A stretch of DNA of 64,000 nucleotides from the NCBI RefSeq assembly GCF_036321535.1, contig NC_087437.1:88600001-88664000 (forward strand), read 5' to 3'. Shown here in pieces: positions 51,133 through 63,295 of the stretch; the first letter of the stretch is position 1, and each line of letters opens with the position of its first letter. The position numbers and the translations under genes were made by a program. The DNA is from Camelus dromedarius (Eukaryota). Under the pieces are notes generated by a model. The model saw only the letters and a list, made by a program, of their open reading frames with translations, did no database searches and was not told where the DNA came from.

Positions 51133-53519
51133 AGCTCAACATATAAATCTCCTTGTAAGCCAAGTCCATGACTGCACTTTGCTCCTGTGGTTTAAAGCCA
51201 TCCCCGCTCTCGTTAGATGATAGATTATCAGCAGAGAGAAACAGCAGGTTTGAATTCACAATGATAGATAATGGGTTGAATAAAAAAGTGTGTTCTTGAA
51301 CCTAGTTGAACAGCCAGCCTTGTCGCTTGAGACATTTAAAAATACACTGAATAAAGAAAAAGAAAATGCCCTTCAGGGAAAATCATTTCCTATATGCACA
51401 GATAAGCTGTCTTTTCAAGATTTTGTCTTCTGTGAAGAGTGGAACTAATGATATACCAACAGGAGTCTGAGAAGTCTTTAAACTTACAAAAAAAAAACCA
51501 AAAAAAAAGGGCTGGCAACTGTGATGTGAGTGAGAGTGGAGGACGGTGGTCTGTCCTCTCACCCTGGGCATGGAGTGACATGTGGGCTTGGCTACACCCA
51601 TTGTTTGTCACTTAGCTGAGAATCTAGTGTGATGCACTAGGCCATCTTTTAGGTATCATTTCTGTAATTCTCAGAGAAAATATAGGAACTAGAGGTAATT
51701 TGTGCAAATGGTTACCAAATGATCAGAGAAATGATCAAAGGTGGGAAGAGGGGATTTCACTTTTCCATTATTCAAGAAGTCATATTTTGGCATCCTGTAG
51801 CGACCTGTGTGGAGATGATCTTGAAACAGTCTACAAAATACATACAGCACTGATAAATAAGAGTGCCTCCATCACCACTAAGATAAGTACTCAAGAGAAG
51901 AGCTTTTAAACGGTTTCATGTCATTAATACAATTTAGAAAATTATATCTGTTCGAGTATTAAAGTATAAGCTTTATTTCCAAAATAATCTTGGACACAAG
52001 CACAATGGTGTTTTAAAAAGAAAAAGAAAGAGACAGAAAGCCATCTTACTCCATTATTTGTTTTAATCGGCAACAGCAAATGAGATATGACCTGTTCCAG
52101 ATATTTGGATTTATTAATGTGTTGTAGTAAATAGATTGTTGCTCATATTATAATAGAGTGGACTCATTGTCTGGGGAGTAAGGCCACATTATAATTAAAA
52201 TGTTGCCAGAGGGGTTGCCAGAGAATATTTCCCCAGGTTCTTAAGTTCCTTTAACCAGAGTCCATTGTGTTTTATAAACATCTATTTGTAATGACTGAGG
52301 ACACTTCTTAGGTTCTGATGTTTTATTTCCCTTTCTGAGAGAAACAAGAGGGCATTTTATATTATCTTCAAATACAAGTGAATCTGTGGCTAAGAAGAGA
52401 TTAGTTCTAGAAAGGAAAAACCAAATACTGCGAAGGTATCTTAGATTTTTCTGTATCTCTGAATATTGGGTGTAAATACATTCTGCAGAAAACTTTATAG
52501 TCAGTTTCCGGGAAAGAAACTTTGCACAAAGAAAAGTTGTGTTATCTTATCCCCCAACCCACCTCTATCTCCCATTCTCCCTTTTCACAATACCAATTCC
52601 AGTTTCTTTGCCAGAGATAAGGACAGTTTATCCAGCGCAAGGATCGCCTTGTTCTCACTCTCCCCCAAAGCATCCCTGGGCTACTCTGGCTCCCGTGAGG
52701 GCTAATGACTAGAACTGGGGAGATGTGAGAAATAGAAAAGAGCTCTTTGACAGGCACAGGAGTAATCTAGCGACAGCGCCCTATGAATGTTGGCTCCTGC
52801 TGATACTCAATGGTGGCTGCTTTCCTGGGTTCCTCAGGTACATGCCTTGCTGGGAGCTCTGATTGCAGTACCTTTGAGACGGGAAATGCTGGCCTCAAGC
52901 AGTCCGTTTTACTTATGATCCGTCCTTCAGGCCCCTGGGCATGCAAAGGGCCATCTCTCAGTTGGGGTCACATCGACCTACCAGGCAGCCATCTGTGTGA
53001 TATTTAAAAGAGCTTCAGCCTACGTGTGGTACACACCTTGCCCACAAATTAGAAAGCAACACCTGCCTTTCTCCTGCCACTAGTGAAATTTGCTTCCATT
53101 GTGGCCTCTTTACTGTGCCATCTAGTCTATCCTCTGTAGGCTTTTTCAGATGTAGCTCTGGTACTGGTTTCTGTACCGAACACATTTCCAGGGCCAAGTG
53201 TTCCTCTTAAAGACCCTGCCACTCACCTTAGATCAAGAGGAAAGAACCATCTTTCCCTTCCCCAGGACTTGGGAGTGCCTCCGTTTGTGTGTGTGTGTGT
53301 CTGGGTGTGGAGGGTGGTGGTTGCTAAAGCACTTTAAAATGTCTCTACAGCCCCAGCCTAGAAGTAGGTGACAGGTTGAGGGTTGCAGATCAACTTTTGC
53401 CACACTTTCAGTAACTCCGCCTACAAAGTGCACTGTCTCATTTTTGGAAGGTGGCAACACCAAGCACCCGTCGCTTTGTTCTAGACCTTGTGGTAATAAC
53501 TTAATTAAATGCACAAGGG

Positions 53520-53950
53520 GTCATGCTTTAAAATCTTGTTCCATGTGTTTGTGGGTTTGGCTTTTATCCTGAAGGCCATGAATTGTCAGTGTACAATTTT
53601 AGGCTGGCGCATGACATAAGTAGAGTTGTTTTAGGGAGTTCATGCCAACAGCAGTGAAGGCAGTGGGCTGGAGGAAATGAAACTGATTTTAAGGAGAAGT
53701 GTCAGGACACAGTTGCAATCACTGAAGAGTCAGGCTTGAAGTTGGGCAGTCGCCGTGAAGAATGGTGAGGCAAAGTTAGACAGCAGAGATATCGAGGAAT
53801 GAGAATCCGTAGGGCTTGGTTATTCATTACAGACAGGGAATAAAGGAGAGGAGACATTAGGAAGGATTTCTAGGTTTCGGGCTTGAGTAACAGAACAGAA
53901 AGTGGTGCCAATAATTGAGATGGAAGTAAAGAGGGAGGAACAAAGGTGGG
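53520..53950 (-). mobile_element. L2 fragment
   Basis: gggtttggcttttatcctgaaggccatg...gatttctaggtttcgggcttgagtaac...gtggtgcca. Confidence 0.75.
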
Positions 53951-54703
53951 TGACAGATGGGGCAAAAGATCTTGTGAGTTACGTAGCAAAGACAGACATG
54001 TTTACACGTGTGCATGTAGTCTATGCTAATGTGTATATGATGTACATTCTTCTCAACTGAACCTTTCTGTCACCTCTATAAGATCCAGGCTGGAAGACCC
54101 TTTCACAAAGAAGCACAGGTATCAGGTGGCCTCCACAGCAAATGGCAGACAGAAATCTGGTGCTTGGAACAGAAAAACACATAATAAGCATTGTTTGTAT
54201 GTTTCCAAACTTTAGATTGTTACCGATGCACTTTTAGCTAGCAAGATCATAGGTACATTGCTGTACACATGCTAACTGTCTACCACAGTACCATGCTGGA
54301 GTTTGGGAGGCCAATTCAACTGGAATTGCATTGAGTAGGTATTTTTAAATGAATACAACTTTGTTCGCCATTGCGATGGCTACTCCCATTCAGTTAATTT
54401 AAAGAAAGGGTAGGAATTTAACTTGCTGACATGAAATCAAGAGGCTTTGGCCTGGAAATGTTTTCTTGTGAATCAACCGTCAAACAGTTTAGTTCAACCA
54501 TGGCTAAAATATTTCAGGGGTCTTTGAGGCCAGACTGGCTATTTTTTTTTTTCATACTTCCTATCTCGTTGTTAATATTAAGAAAAAAGAAAGAAGGAAA
54601 AAAAAGTTAACTTATTAATTATAAGGCTCATGATGTACTTAGATTAGGCCTCAGTTCAGTTAAAGAAAAAAGTATAATTTATTACTAAATTACCCAGCGT
54701 ACC

Positions 54704-55155
54704 TGTGGTAGATTGCAGAAATGACTATAATTCTTTGTAGCTACTCCCTTCAAAAGGTGGAGTTCTGTTTTTCCATTCCTTGAATCTGGGCTGCCCTTGC
54801 AACTTGTAGTTGGCCCATAGAATTTGGCAAAGTGATGTACTCATTCTGAACCCAAGCATCAGGGGACCTTGTGTGTTTCTTCCCTTTCTCACTCTTGACT
54901 GACGTGAACAAGTCTAGGCTAAACTGCCACATGGTGAGAGAATGGTCCAGTTAGCCTTGTTGTCTCTGAATTTCACCTGACCAACATCCAGACATGTGTC
55001 CTAGGCTACCCCAGCCATTAAGATCAGCCAAGTCTGACCCAGATCAGCAGAACCACCCAGCCAACCTATAGACTCATTAACAATGATAACCTGTTATTGT
55101 TTTAAACTGCTTCCTTTTATGGGTGGCTTGTAACATAGCAAAAGCTAACTGGTAC
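54704..55155 (+). mobile_element. MaLR solo LTR, MLT1G/H-like
   Basis: tgtggtagattgcag...ccttgaatctgggctgccc...cagatcagcagaaccacccagccaacc...gtaacatagcaaaagctaactggtac. Confidence 0.8.
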
Positions 55156-55509
55156 TGGAGCTATTCTTAATCAATTATTGAGAAGCTTAATTTGCCCAAA
55201 TCTCCTGCTTGTTGAGAAATTTACTAAGTTCTGACTGCAGGTATTTAAATGACATCCATATGAGCTATCAAAACATCTAGACTTTGTCTACAACTATATC
55301 TTTTTATTTGTGTTTATTTGCACTTATTATAAATTATACAGATACAGTGTAAATTAACTGGGGTTTTTTTTTTCCTAACTTTAGGATCTTAGAAAGATTA
55401 TTTGAATATTGAAGAATATTAATGATATTAATATATTTAAAACAGGAAACAAAAGATGGTTTCCTTTGTTGTTTGCCTTGTATTTTAGAACTTAAATCAA
55501 AAATAGAAA

Positions 55510-55591
55510 GGAGGATATAGTTTAGAGGTAGAGTGCATGCTTAGCATGCATGAGGTCCTAAGTTCAATCCCCAGTACCTCCATTAAAAAAA
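55510..55591 (+). mobile_element. tRNA-Ala(AGC)-derived SINE (vic-1-like)
   Basis: GGAGGATATAGTTTAGAGGTAGAGTGCATGCTTAGCATGCATGAGGTCCTAAGTTCAATCCCCAGTACCTCCA plus A tail; possible TSD aaaaatagaa/aaaaacagaa. Confidence 0.85.
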
Positions 55592-56299
55592 CAGAAGAGA
55601 GTTAAGCAAATTTTTGTTCATGTTATATTACCATTTTACTGCTACTTACAACTATGTAGTAAAAATCTTTCATCCTGAAATTTAAAAAATTCACACCAAG
55701 ATACAAGAAAAAAATATTTTAAAAACATATTTTTAAAAGGAATGTATCAGCAAATAGGGAGTAACAGGACCACTGTTTACTCTCATATTATACTGTCCAT
55801 CATTAGTGGTTTAGATTTAGCTAATTTCTGTTGGGATCAGCAAAGGGCACACCGTGACTAATTATCTAATCTATACCTCCAGGGTTTTAGTTATGGTCTC
55901 TTGTTCAATTAAAAATATTCACATGCAATACAAGACTTTCTGCAGATTTAAAAAAAGTTTGGGCACATTGACTAATAAGCACTGCTAGTTATTATACTAA
56001 CTGACATGTCTCATTTGGAACCATCCCAGAAAACAATAGTCAGTTTCAAAATAGGTATCATGTCTTTCAAGTGAAAGCATTACATTTTATTCATGATAAA
56101 ATGTAGATAGAAGTCAACTGAATTCTATCATGATGTTAAGAACATTTAATAAAATTATTTTTTGAAGAATAAAATGAGCTCAATAAGAATTTTATGACTG
56201 ATTAGCACAAGCAAATCTTGGGCATCTTTCACAGTTTCAGGGCTAAAATGAGCAAAGGTAAGATAAGTATAGCGTGTTTATTCCTTTTTAGCCATTTAA

Positions 56300-56540
56300 C
56301 AACCACGTATGATTTACTCTGTGGCAGATACTGTACAAGTGTTTATGAATATTATCTCTCAATCCTCACAACAACCCTACAGATACTATTATTATGTTCA
56401 TTTTACAAATGCAAACATCAAGACAAAGAGAAAAATTATAAAGAGACTTGACCAAGTTTACCTGGTTTGTAAATAGTAGGGTATGGATTTTAACCCAGAA
56501 AGTCTGATTCTTATCATTCATATTTTAATGACTATTCTAT
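56300..56540 (-). mobile_element. MIR SINE
   Basis: aatcctcacaacaaccctacag...ttttacaaatgcaaac...ggatttaacccagaaagtctga. Confidence 0.75.
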
Positions 56541-58063
56541 AAAATAATTTTGCTTTTTGAGTTTATCACATTGATATCATTAACCATTTGGTCTCATATT
56601 CTAGAAAATAGACAATATTTCTTTTCTTAAACCATGAAATCATGTCCCCGATGTGGGTTATTTGCAGCTATCCTATGTAATCTTTTATATGATCTTGCTC
56701 TGACAATGCTCAGAGTTGATTTTACCATCTTTCAAGGTCTAAAGGAATGCCAGATATACAGATGAAGACTGGAAATGTCTTTCAAATATCTGATAGGCAG
56801 CCTAACCATTGCCAGATGTAGAAAAATTCTTGAGTCCTTGAGTCAATAATATTACTTATTTACTGTATTATATAATATATGCATATGTACATTATATATA
56901 TTTAAAACAAAATTTCACAGCCCTGAAAAACATTCCAAATACTCAATATTCTAGTTGCCTAAAACTCAAAGTGAAGCAACAGATGGAGGGGAGGATACAG
57001 GGAGTCGCCAGGGGTGCTTGCTAATTATCACACAGTACTGTCGGCACAAGCACTGTATGTAAATTGTCAGTTGTGTATTATATTTATCACTAATGTCATC
57101 CTTTATCTGCAGGCTATTTTCAGAAGCTAAGTACTCTGCCCAAACTATTAACCACTTCATTTAGTACAAAGTGGAAAGGGGGCTTTTATGAGTGGAAATG
57201 TATGGAGGTGGCAGTCGAATTCATAATCTAGCAATGCATCATGAATCCTTAACTTTCCCATTTAAATATTCTACTTTGTGGGCAAATACAGATTCTCTTT
57301 CAAAAGTATGGCCATAAAATATTATCTCCAGGAAATAAAAAATTATTCTAATGTGGCACAGCACCAAGATATTATTTCTCAGTCAACTTTTAGCTGTATT
57401 TTTCCTTAGGGCAATATTTAATGCTGCCATTATAAAATATTTTGACAGAACATAATTTCTGTAAACCCAAATGCTGCAAGGGATTTTTTTTGAGATAAAC
57501 TCAACCTTATTGTCAAAAAATGAAATTAGCTTTTTTAAACATGGAAAGTTATATTCAATAGAAGAAAATATGATTAATATCCAGACAAGACAATATAATT
57601 TCAGTTGAAACAATATGATTCCCATGATAGTCTCTTAAAAATGAATCCCAATTTTATATGTTAAATTGGAAAATGTAGACAGATGATGGTTAGAAATATA
57701 AGTGTAGGCATCGTTTAGAAACTAATTATTTTTAAGTCAAGAGAATGAAATTAAATAGCAAAAGAGCTGGTGTTATATAATATCAGGTATTCTGGCAACA
57801 AGTGTTGAAAGACCCAAATGGGGGAAAGGCAGTAAGAAGCAAATTTGGTGGCCCAATGACAGTGTGTAGAAGTATGCGTGTCTTTTCTGGTTTTTTTCCT
57901 ACGGCTTTTCTCCAGACTTGCATTCAGGAACAGAATGAGGAGGAAAGAGTAAAAGGTTTATCTTCAGGTAAACATTAAGGGAGATTCTATATAACAAACA
58001 CAGAAGTTAAACAGATTATCAGCTTTTCAAGACAGAAGTCTCCTTTTCTGAAGTACCTGTAGT

Positions 58064-58107
58064 GCACACACAGGTCACCTGCAGCGCACACACAGGTCAC
58101 CTGCAGC
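58064..58107. repeat. Perfect 22-bp tandem duplication (GCACACACAGGTCACCTGCAGC)x2
   Basis: Directly visible. Confidence 0.95.
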
Positions 58108-58454
58108 AAGTATGAAGTCAGGTGAATTTATTCTGTGGGTTTACAAGCTTGAAGGCTGCCAGAACCTTCACAAGTAACATAATTTTGCTTCAGCATGCTA
58201 GAAAGAAAGTGAAAAACTAAATTGTGCTATTGTCTACATTTCAAGTGAAAATGTGAAGAGATTTTGAATTCTGATTCAAAGCAGTGAAAGACAAAGAAAG
58301 AAACCAACAAGAAGAAGGAAGATCATAAAAGGGGAGATCAAATAACAATGATCCAAATAAATGCAACTTAAAACAAGGGTGATATATTGTTCTTTGTCCA
58401 TCAAAATGAAAGAATTTTTTAAATAGTAAATTAAAATACTAAGTACGGTATAGT

Positions 58455-58806
58455 GCCGTGGTTCTCAAAGAGTGATCCAGGGAACCCTGGGACTCCCCAG
58501 GAACTTTTCACAGAAACCACATGGTCAAAGCATTTTCATAACAAAGCCATGGCATCACTTGCCCTTTCACTCTCATTCTCTCACAACTGAGCTGGAGACT
58601 TTTGTACAGGTTACTTAATCTGTGCTGAGTCATCACTCTGATGATAATGGAATGTGTGCTTAGGTGTTTACAACTTTTCCTAGTTGTAATTTCTAATATG
58701 GTAACTATAGATAGCTCTGACTCACATAAATGAAAGCTCCCTGGGGTCCTCAATAAGTTTTAAGAATCTGAAGGGGTCTGGTGACCAAAATGATTGAGGA
58801 CTGCTT
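58455..58806 (+). mobile_element. hAT-Charlie non-autonomous element (MER119/Charlie2-like)
   Basis: gtggttctcaaagagtgatccaggg...ctttcactctcattctctcac...ggggtcctcaataagttttaagaatctgaaggggtc...ttgaggactgc. Confidence 0.75.
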
Positions 58807-59149
58807 GTGTTTATAATGAGCACACCAACAGACTGTCAGAGAGTGGAAACTACTTAGTTTAAACTGGAATTCTTAAAAATAATCCTTTCCTTGATCTAGT
58901 ACTTCCACTGATAGCAATCAAATCACAACTAATTATCAGAAACTGGACTTACTATTAATTACAATGATAAACATCACAATATTAAAATAGCAAAATATTG
59001 AAATTATCCAAAAAAATGGAAATGTTTTAATAAATGCTACTAATTCCAGGAAATCAAACATTCAGGGATTTAAAAAATGGATAACAAACAATAGCAGTTT
59101 TAAAATAGTAAACCCTGATAAAAGGTCTATGGTTTATCTGCTTATCAAG

Positions 59150-59385
59150 GGGGCAGAATTGAGTAGTTGTTAGAAGCATATCCTGCCACAGCTTAAACTG
59201 TTGGCTATTATGTGACATTTTACAGGCAACTTAATCTGTTCAAAGCACAGACACTATATTTACCATTTGAGTACTATACTGGTTCCTACCAAAAAGGGTT
59301 GTTGAATTAAATGAGATGTTGCATGTAGCATTTTAGCATTTAGCATGAAGCTTGATATATCAATCAATAAATGTTAGCTATTGTA
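59150..59385 (+). mobile_element. MIR SINE (degenerate)
   Basis: gggttgttgaattaaatgagatgttgcatgtagc...caataaatgttagctatt. Confidence 0.6.
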
Positions 59386-59964
59386 AATATCTATGTAAAA
59401 TATTGGAAATTAAACTAAAAAAAATTCTTTCATTCAACAAATATTTGTTAAACTTGGATCAGATCTGTGAACAAAAAAACCCCACAGACCATTGTGAATG
59501 GTAACACACATTAGAGATGGTTCTCTTTGGATGATAGGCTTGTAAGTAATTTTTTTTCCTGTAGATATTACCATATTTTCCAAATTTTCTACCTTGTGCA
59601 GTATTGATTTTAGCAGAAATCAGAAACATATATTAAACACAGAAGAGATAAATAACTTGTTCTTGATTAGTTTTTCCATTTTTAAATTTAGAAAAATCAA
59701 AATTTTCCATAAAAATACTGGAAATATTTATAACCTCTGACAAAGTAATTCCACTTCATGAAATCTATGAAAAGTAAATTATCAGAAGAATCTGAGAACA
59801 CTTAGGTGAACAGATACTTACTTCTAAAGGAAAAAAAAGGAAAAAACCAACCTACATATCAAAAAATAGGAAAATTTAAGTTAATTGTAAGACAGTTATT
59901 AAACAATTTAATATAGCCATCAAAAAGAACTTTAATAATGCTGAGGAGTAATTTCTAATGATGG

Positions 59965-60300
59965 TGTTATGGACTTAATGCTGTTTTCCCCCAAATTCAT
60001 ATGTTAAAATCCTAACCTCCAATGTGATGATATCACAAGGAGGTAGGCTATGAGGGTGGAGCCCTCTTCAATGGGATTAGTGCCCTTATAGAAGAGACTC
60101 CAGAGAGTTCCCTCAGCCATCCACCACGTGAGAACAGAGCAAGAAGGAGGCTGTCTATGAACCAGGAAGCAAGCTCTCACCAGACATAGAGCAGACAGAC
60201 ACCTTGATCTCAGACTCCCCAGATTCAAAAACTGTGAGAAATAAATGTTGTTTAAGCCACCCACTCGATGGTATTTTTGTTATGGCAGCCCAGACAGATA
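59965..60300 (+). mobile_element. MaLR solo LTR, MLT1A0-like, inserted in old L1 fragments
   Basis: tgttatggacttaatg...cccccaaattcatatgttaaaatcctaacc...gtgagaaataaatgttgtttaagccaccc. Confidence 0.9.
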
Positions 60301-60639
60301 GGAAAATGTTGATGATATAATATTAAATAGAAACTCAGGTGCAGTATGGTATAAAAACTGGATTTCCACCACACACAGTAAACACACACATTCACTCACA
60401 GCCCCTCCCCATATGCTTAGAAGAAAAGCCTGAAAGGAAATTCTCTCAAGCATCACAGGAATTATATTTTCAAATGTTTTAATGTAAGCATGTTTTATTT
60501 TTACAATCTGAACAAACAGGCATAAGAATGAAAATGCCATGAATATGTCATTTATCCTGAACACTATGCAGTTCTTTGATTTTTACATTAGGACAATGCA
60601 ATGATCTTGGATTCTTTTGAAAGAAACTCTATTAAGGCC

Positions 60640-61375
60640 CCAGTTTCCATGAAAAAGCTGTTTTCTTTAATCCCTCCTTCATTCTAGGCATCCACAGCCA
60701 CCATGTCATCAAGTTCTATCATGACCTTCTAAACATCTTCAGCTCCCAGCTTTGTCCTCTCTCCATCTTCTTTCCCCCTGTATAGCATTAATCTAAATCC
60801 TCAGCTTTTCTCACCTGTTGTGTTGCCTCTGACCACCACCCCTGCCACCTTCTCACCCGCTTTCATTCTCATCCTCCACAGAGTTTCCAGAACTTTCTAA
60901 AAGACCTGTCTACTCATACCACTCCCTTACCTAAAATCTTTCAAAACTTATTTTTTTCATATAACAAACAAGGCTCTTAGAATCTGATCCCTGATTACTT
61001 TTTCAGCTCCATGACTCTACCCTACCTGCAAGTCTACCAAATCATTTGCTTTCCCAAACCATCAATACATTCTTTCACACTTCCATGCCTTTGTCCTGCT
61101 TATTACCCCTCCCGGGATGTTTGTCACCACCTACCAGCTTAATTAACAACTCAGTATTCAAGATTCAGGTAAAAACACCCTTCTCCATTATCCTTCTCTG
61201 ACACCTCCTAGAAGAACTTTGGACGTTCTTTCTCTATGCTCCCAGAGCACCACTATCCCAACTTCACACTAGGGTAGTGTGATTGTTTGCTTAGCAGTCT
61301 CCCTTATGACACTTTTAATCTTCCTTATCCCCAGAACTTGGAAAAACATCTGGTGCTTTGAAGGTCCTCAGAAAG
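60640..61375 (+). mobile_element. L2 fragment
   Basis: Pyrimidine-rich L2 3' region (tcataccactcccttacctaaaatctttcaaa; ttccatgcctttgtcctgc). Confidence 0.65.
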
Positions 61376-61589
61376 TATCCTGCCTTCAAAAACATTTCCC
61401 TTCTCTGAGCTCCATTTCTTTTCTTAATTTCTCCCTCCGGTGGAAAGTTCCTGGATCACAGTACACCAAGTGTGGTGCATGGTTAAACAAGCGAGCTCCC
61501 TTTCTGCTGTACTGGTGAGAAGGGCTTTTATAACCTAATCTCTGGCTTACCATTTCCATAAAGAACTGTTATACAAATGGTTAACCTAG

Positions 61590-61880
61590 TATTACTTAAA
61601 ACATTCCATGGATCTCTAGGTTCATAGGAAAAAAAGATACTCCGTGGTCAAATATGCACAAGTAATACTGAATATGTTTTTTTGAAGAATAAGAATGCAT
61701 ATAAGCTTGTAAAAAGTGTTGAGAATCCTGCAGGAAAGAAATATTTAGTCTTAATTCAGGATTTCTCCAAATCATTTACCATGGATTCTCCTTCTAACTC
61801 AGAAATAAACAAATCAAATAAAAACAGTACCTATGATTGTTCCAGGGAATTACTGTTCTCAGGTATAACAAAATGTTTCT
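61590..61880. mobile_element. hAT-Charlie-type MITE fragment (similar to 14770-15000, opposite orientation)
   Basis: ctccgtggtcaaatatg...tgagaatcctgcaggaaagaaatatttag. Confidence 0.45.
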
Positions 61881-62389
61881 TTAGACCCCCTAAGCACCAA
61901 CAACACCAAATAGATTTCCAAAGTCTTTTCCCGGATACTCTTGGAGAGAACCCTCCCTTCCCAATTCCCAGGCTTTTTCTAGAGAAGGTTCAGTCTCTCG
62001 TCCCAAATGGTGGTTGTGAGGATTAAATACTTTTCATAACTTACTTAGCACAGGGCCTGGAACACAGAAAGGACGCAATAGATCTTAGCTGTTATTCTTA
62101 CTTGTATTATTATTTTATCTTACTAAACACTCCATTGATAGCCCCATCAGCTTAAAATAATTTTGTTTGAAAATCCTGCTTTAGCTATGGGAAATTTTTT
62201 TGACTGTATGCTTTGAACTATACATTTTATCTATAAATAATTCATGTATTGCTTATATTGCAATGCCAAAACTTGACATTTTATCATTAAACTACATTAT
62301 TTTTTTAAATCATGTACTTTATAATTAAAAATGTTATATCTTATAAATGCTATTAAGTAAAAAATCATAGTACATTTTATAAATTAAAC

Positions 62390-62820
62390 TTTAAATATAT
62401 AAACATCAAATCCCAGACAAGCCTACACCAAAGAGGCAACTTCAAAATAGGGGAATAACCCTTACAGGAAATATGATGAAAGTATAATATATTTGATTGT
62501 GAAAGCACATAAAACTTAGAAGAAAATAGAATAACAAGCCCTTAAGAAGTGGTAAAATGCCATGACAAACAGTTTGCATACAGAAATATGTTGAACCTCA
62601 CCAGTAATGAAAGAAAGACAAAATTTAAACAAAAATACTACATATTTGTTAATAAAGCAAAAATATAAAATAATTAAAATGCTCTTTGCTCATAAGAATG
62701 GGTTGGAACATTTAACTAATATATTTTAAATTAATAGACACTTTTGACAAAGTAATTTAGCTTTGTGTTTAAAAATGTTTTTAAAGTTTACTCTCTAATA
62801 ATCCCAGTCTTCATAAATTC
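62390..62820 (+). mobile_element. Old L1 (L1ME-like) fragment
   Basis: aagaagtggtaaaatgccatgacaaacagttt...atgttgaacctcaccagtaatgaaaga. Confidence 0.5.
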
Positions 62821-63139
62821 CTTGCATGAGAAGGACAAAAAATGAGTCTCAATACACATTAAGCACCCTAATTAGAGATATTTTAGGGTGCTTATGCATT
62901 TGCGTATGTCAGATGCAAGAGAACATTCTGTTTTAGCCTGTTTTCTCATTTAACTTGTCATTGTCAGTTAATATTCAGATCAATTAATTTGATTTTCCCA
63001 ATAAGTTCAAGATAAAAATAATAATTATATTTTAATTTTGTATGTTTCAAAATATATACATTTCAGTCTGAGGACTACACTGTTATTGTCTGAATTTCCT
63101 TTTAGTGGCATTTTTTTTTTTAACTCTCAGCATTACATT

Positions 63140-63295
63140 TCTAGACTAGATTGTGAATTCATTGTCAGATTAGTAATTCCTAGAGAACAGAGTTTCTCTC
63201 CTTTATCCTTATACCCTTCGTCCTTAGTAACAAGGTACCTGGCATGGTGAACACATTTAATACACGTTTGTTGATTGAATGTATAAATGAACAAC
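63140..63295 (+). mobile_element. L2 3' terminus
   Basis: tacctggcatggtgaacacatttaatacacgtttgttgattgaatg. Confidence 0.6.

Noticed and set aside
55510..55582. Functional tRNA-Ala(AGC) gene
   Set aside because: D-arm, T-arm and acceptor-stem mismatches, and an A tail with TSD-like flanks instead of a T-run terminator; a similar copy lies at 8731-8805, so it is a SINE
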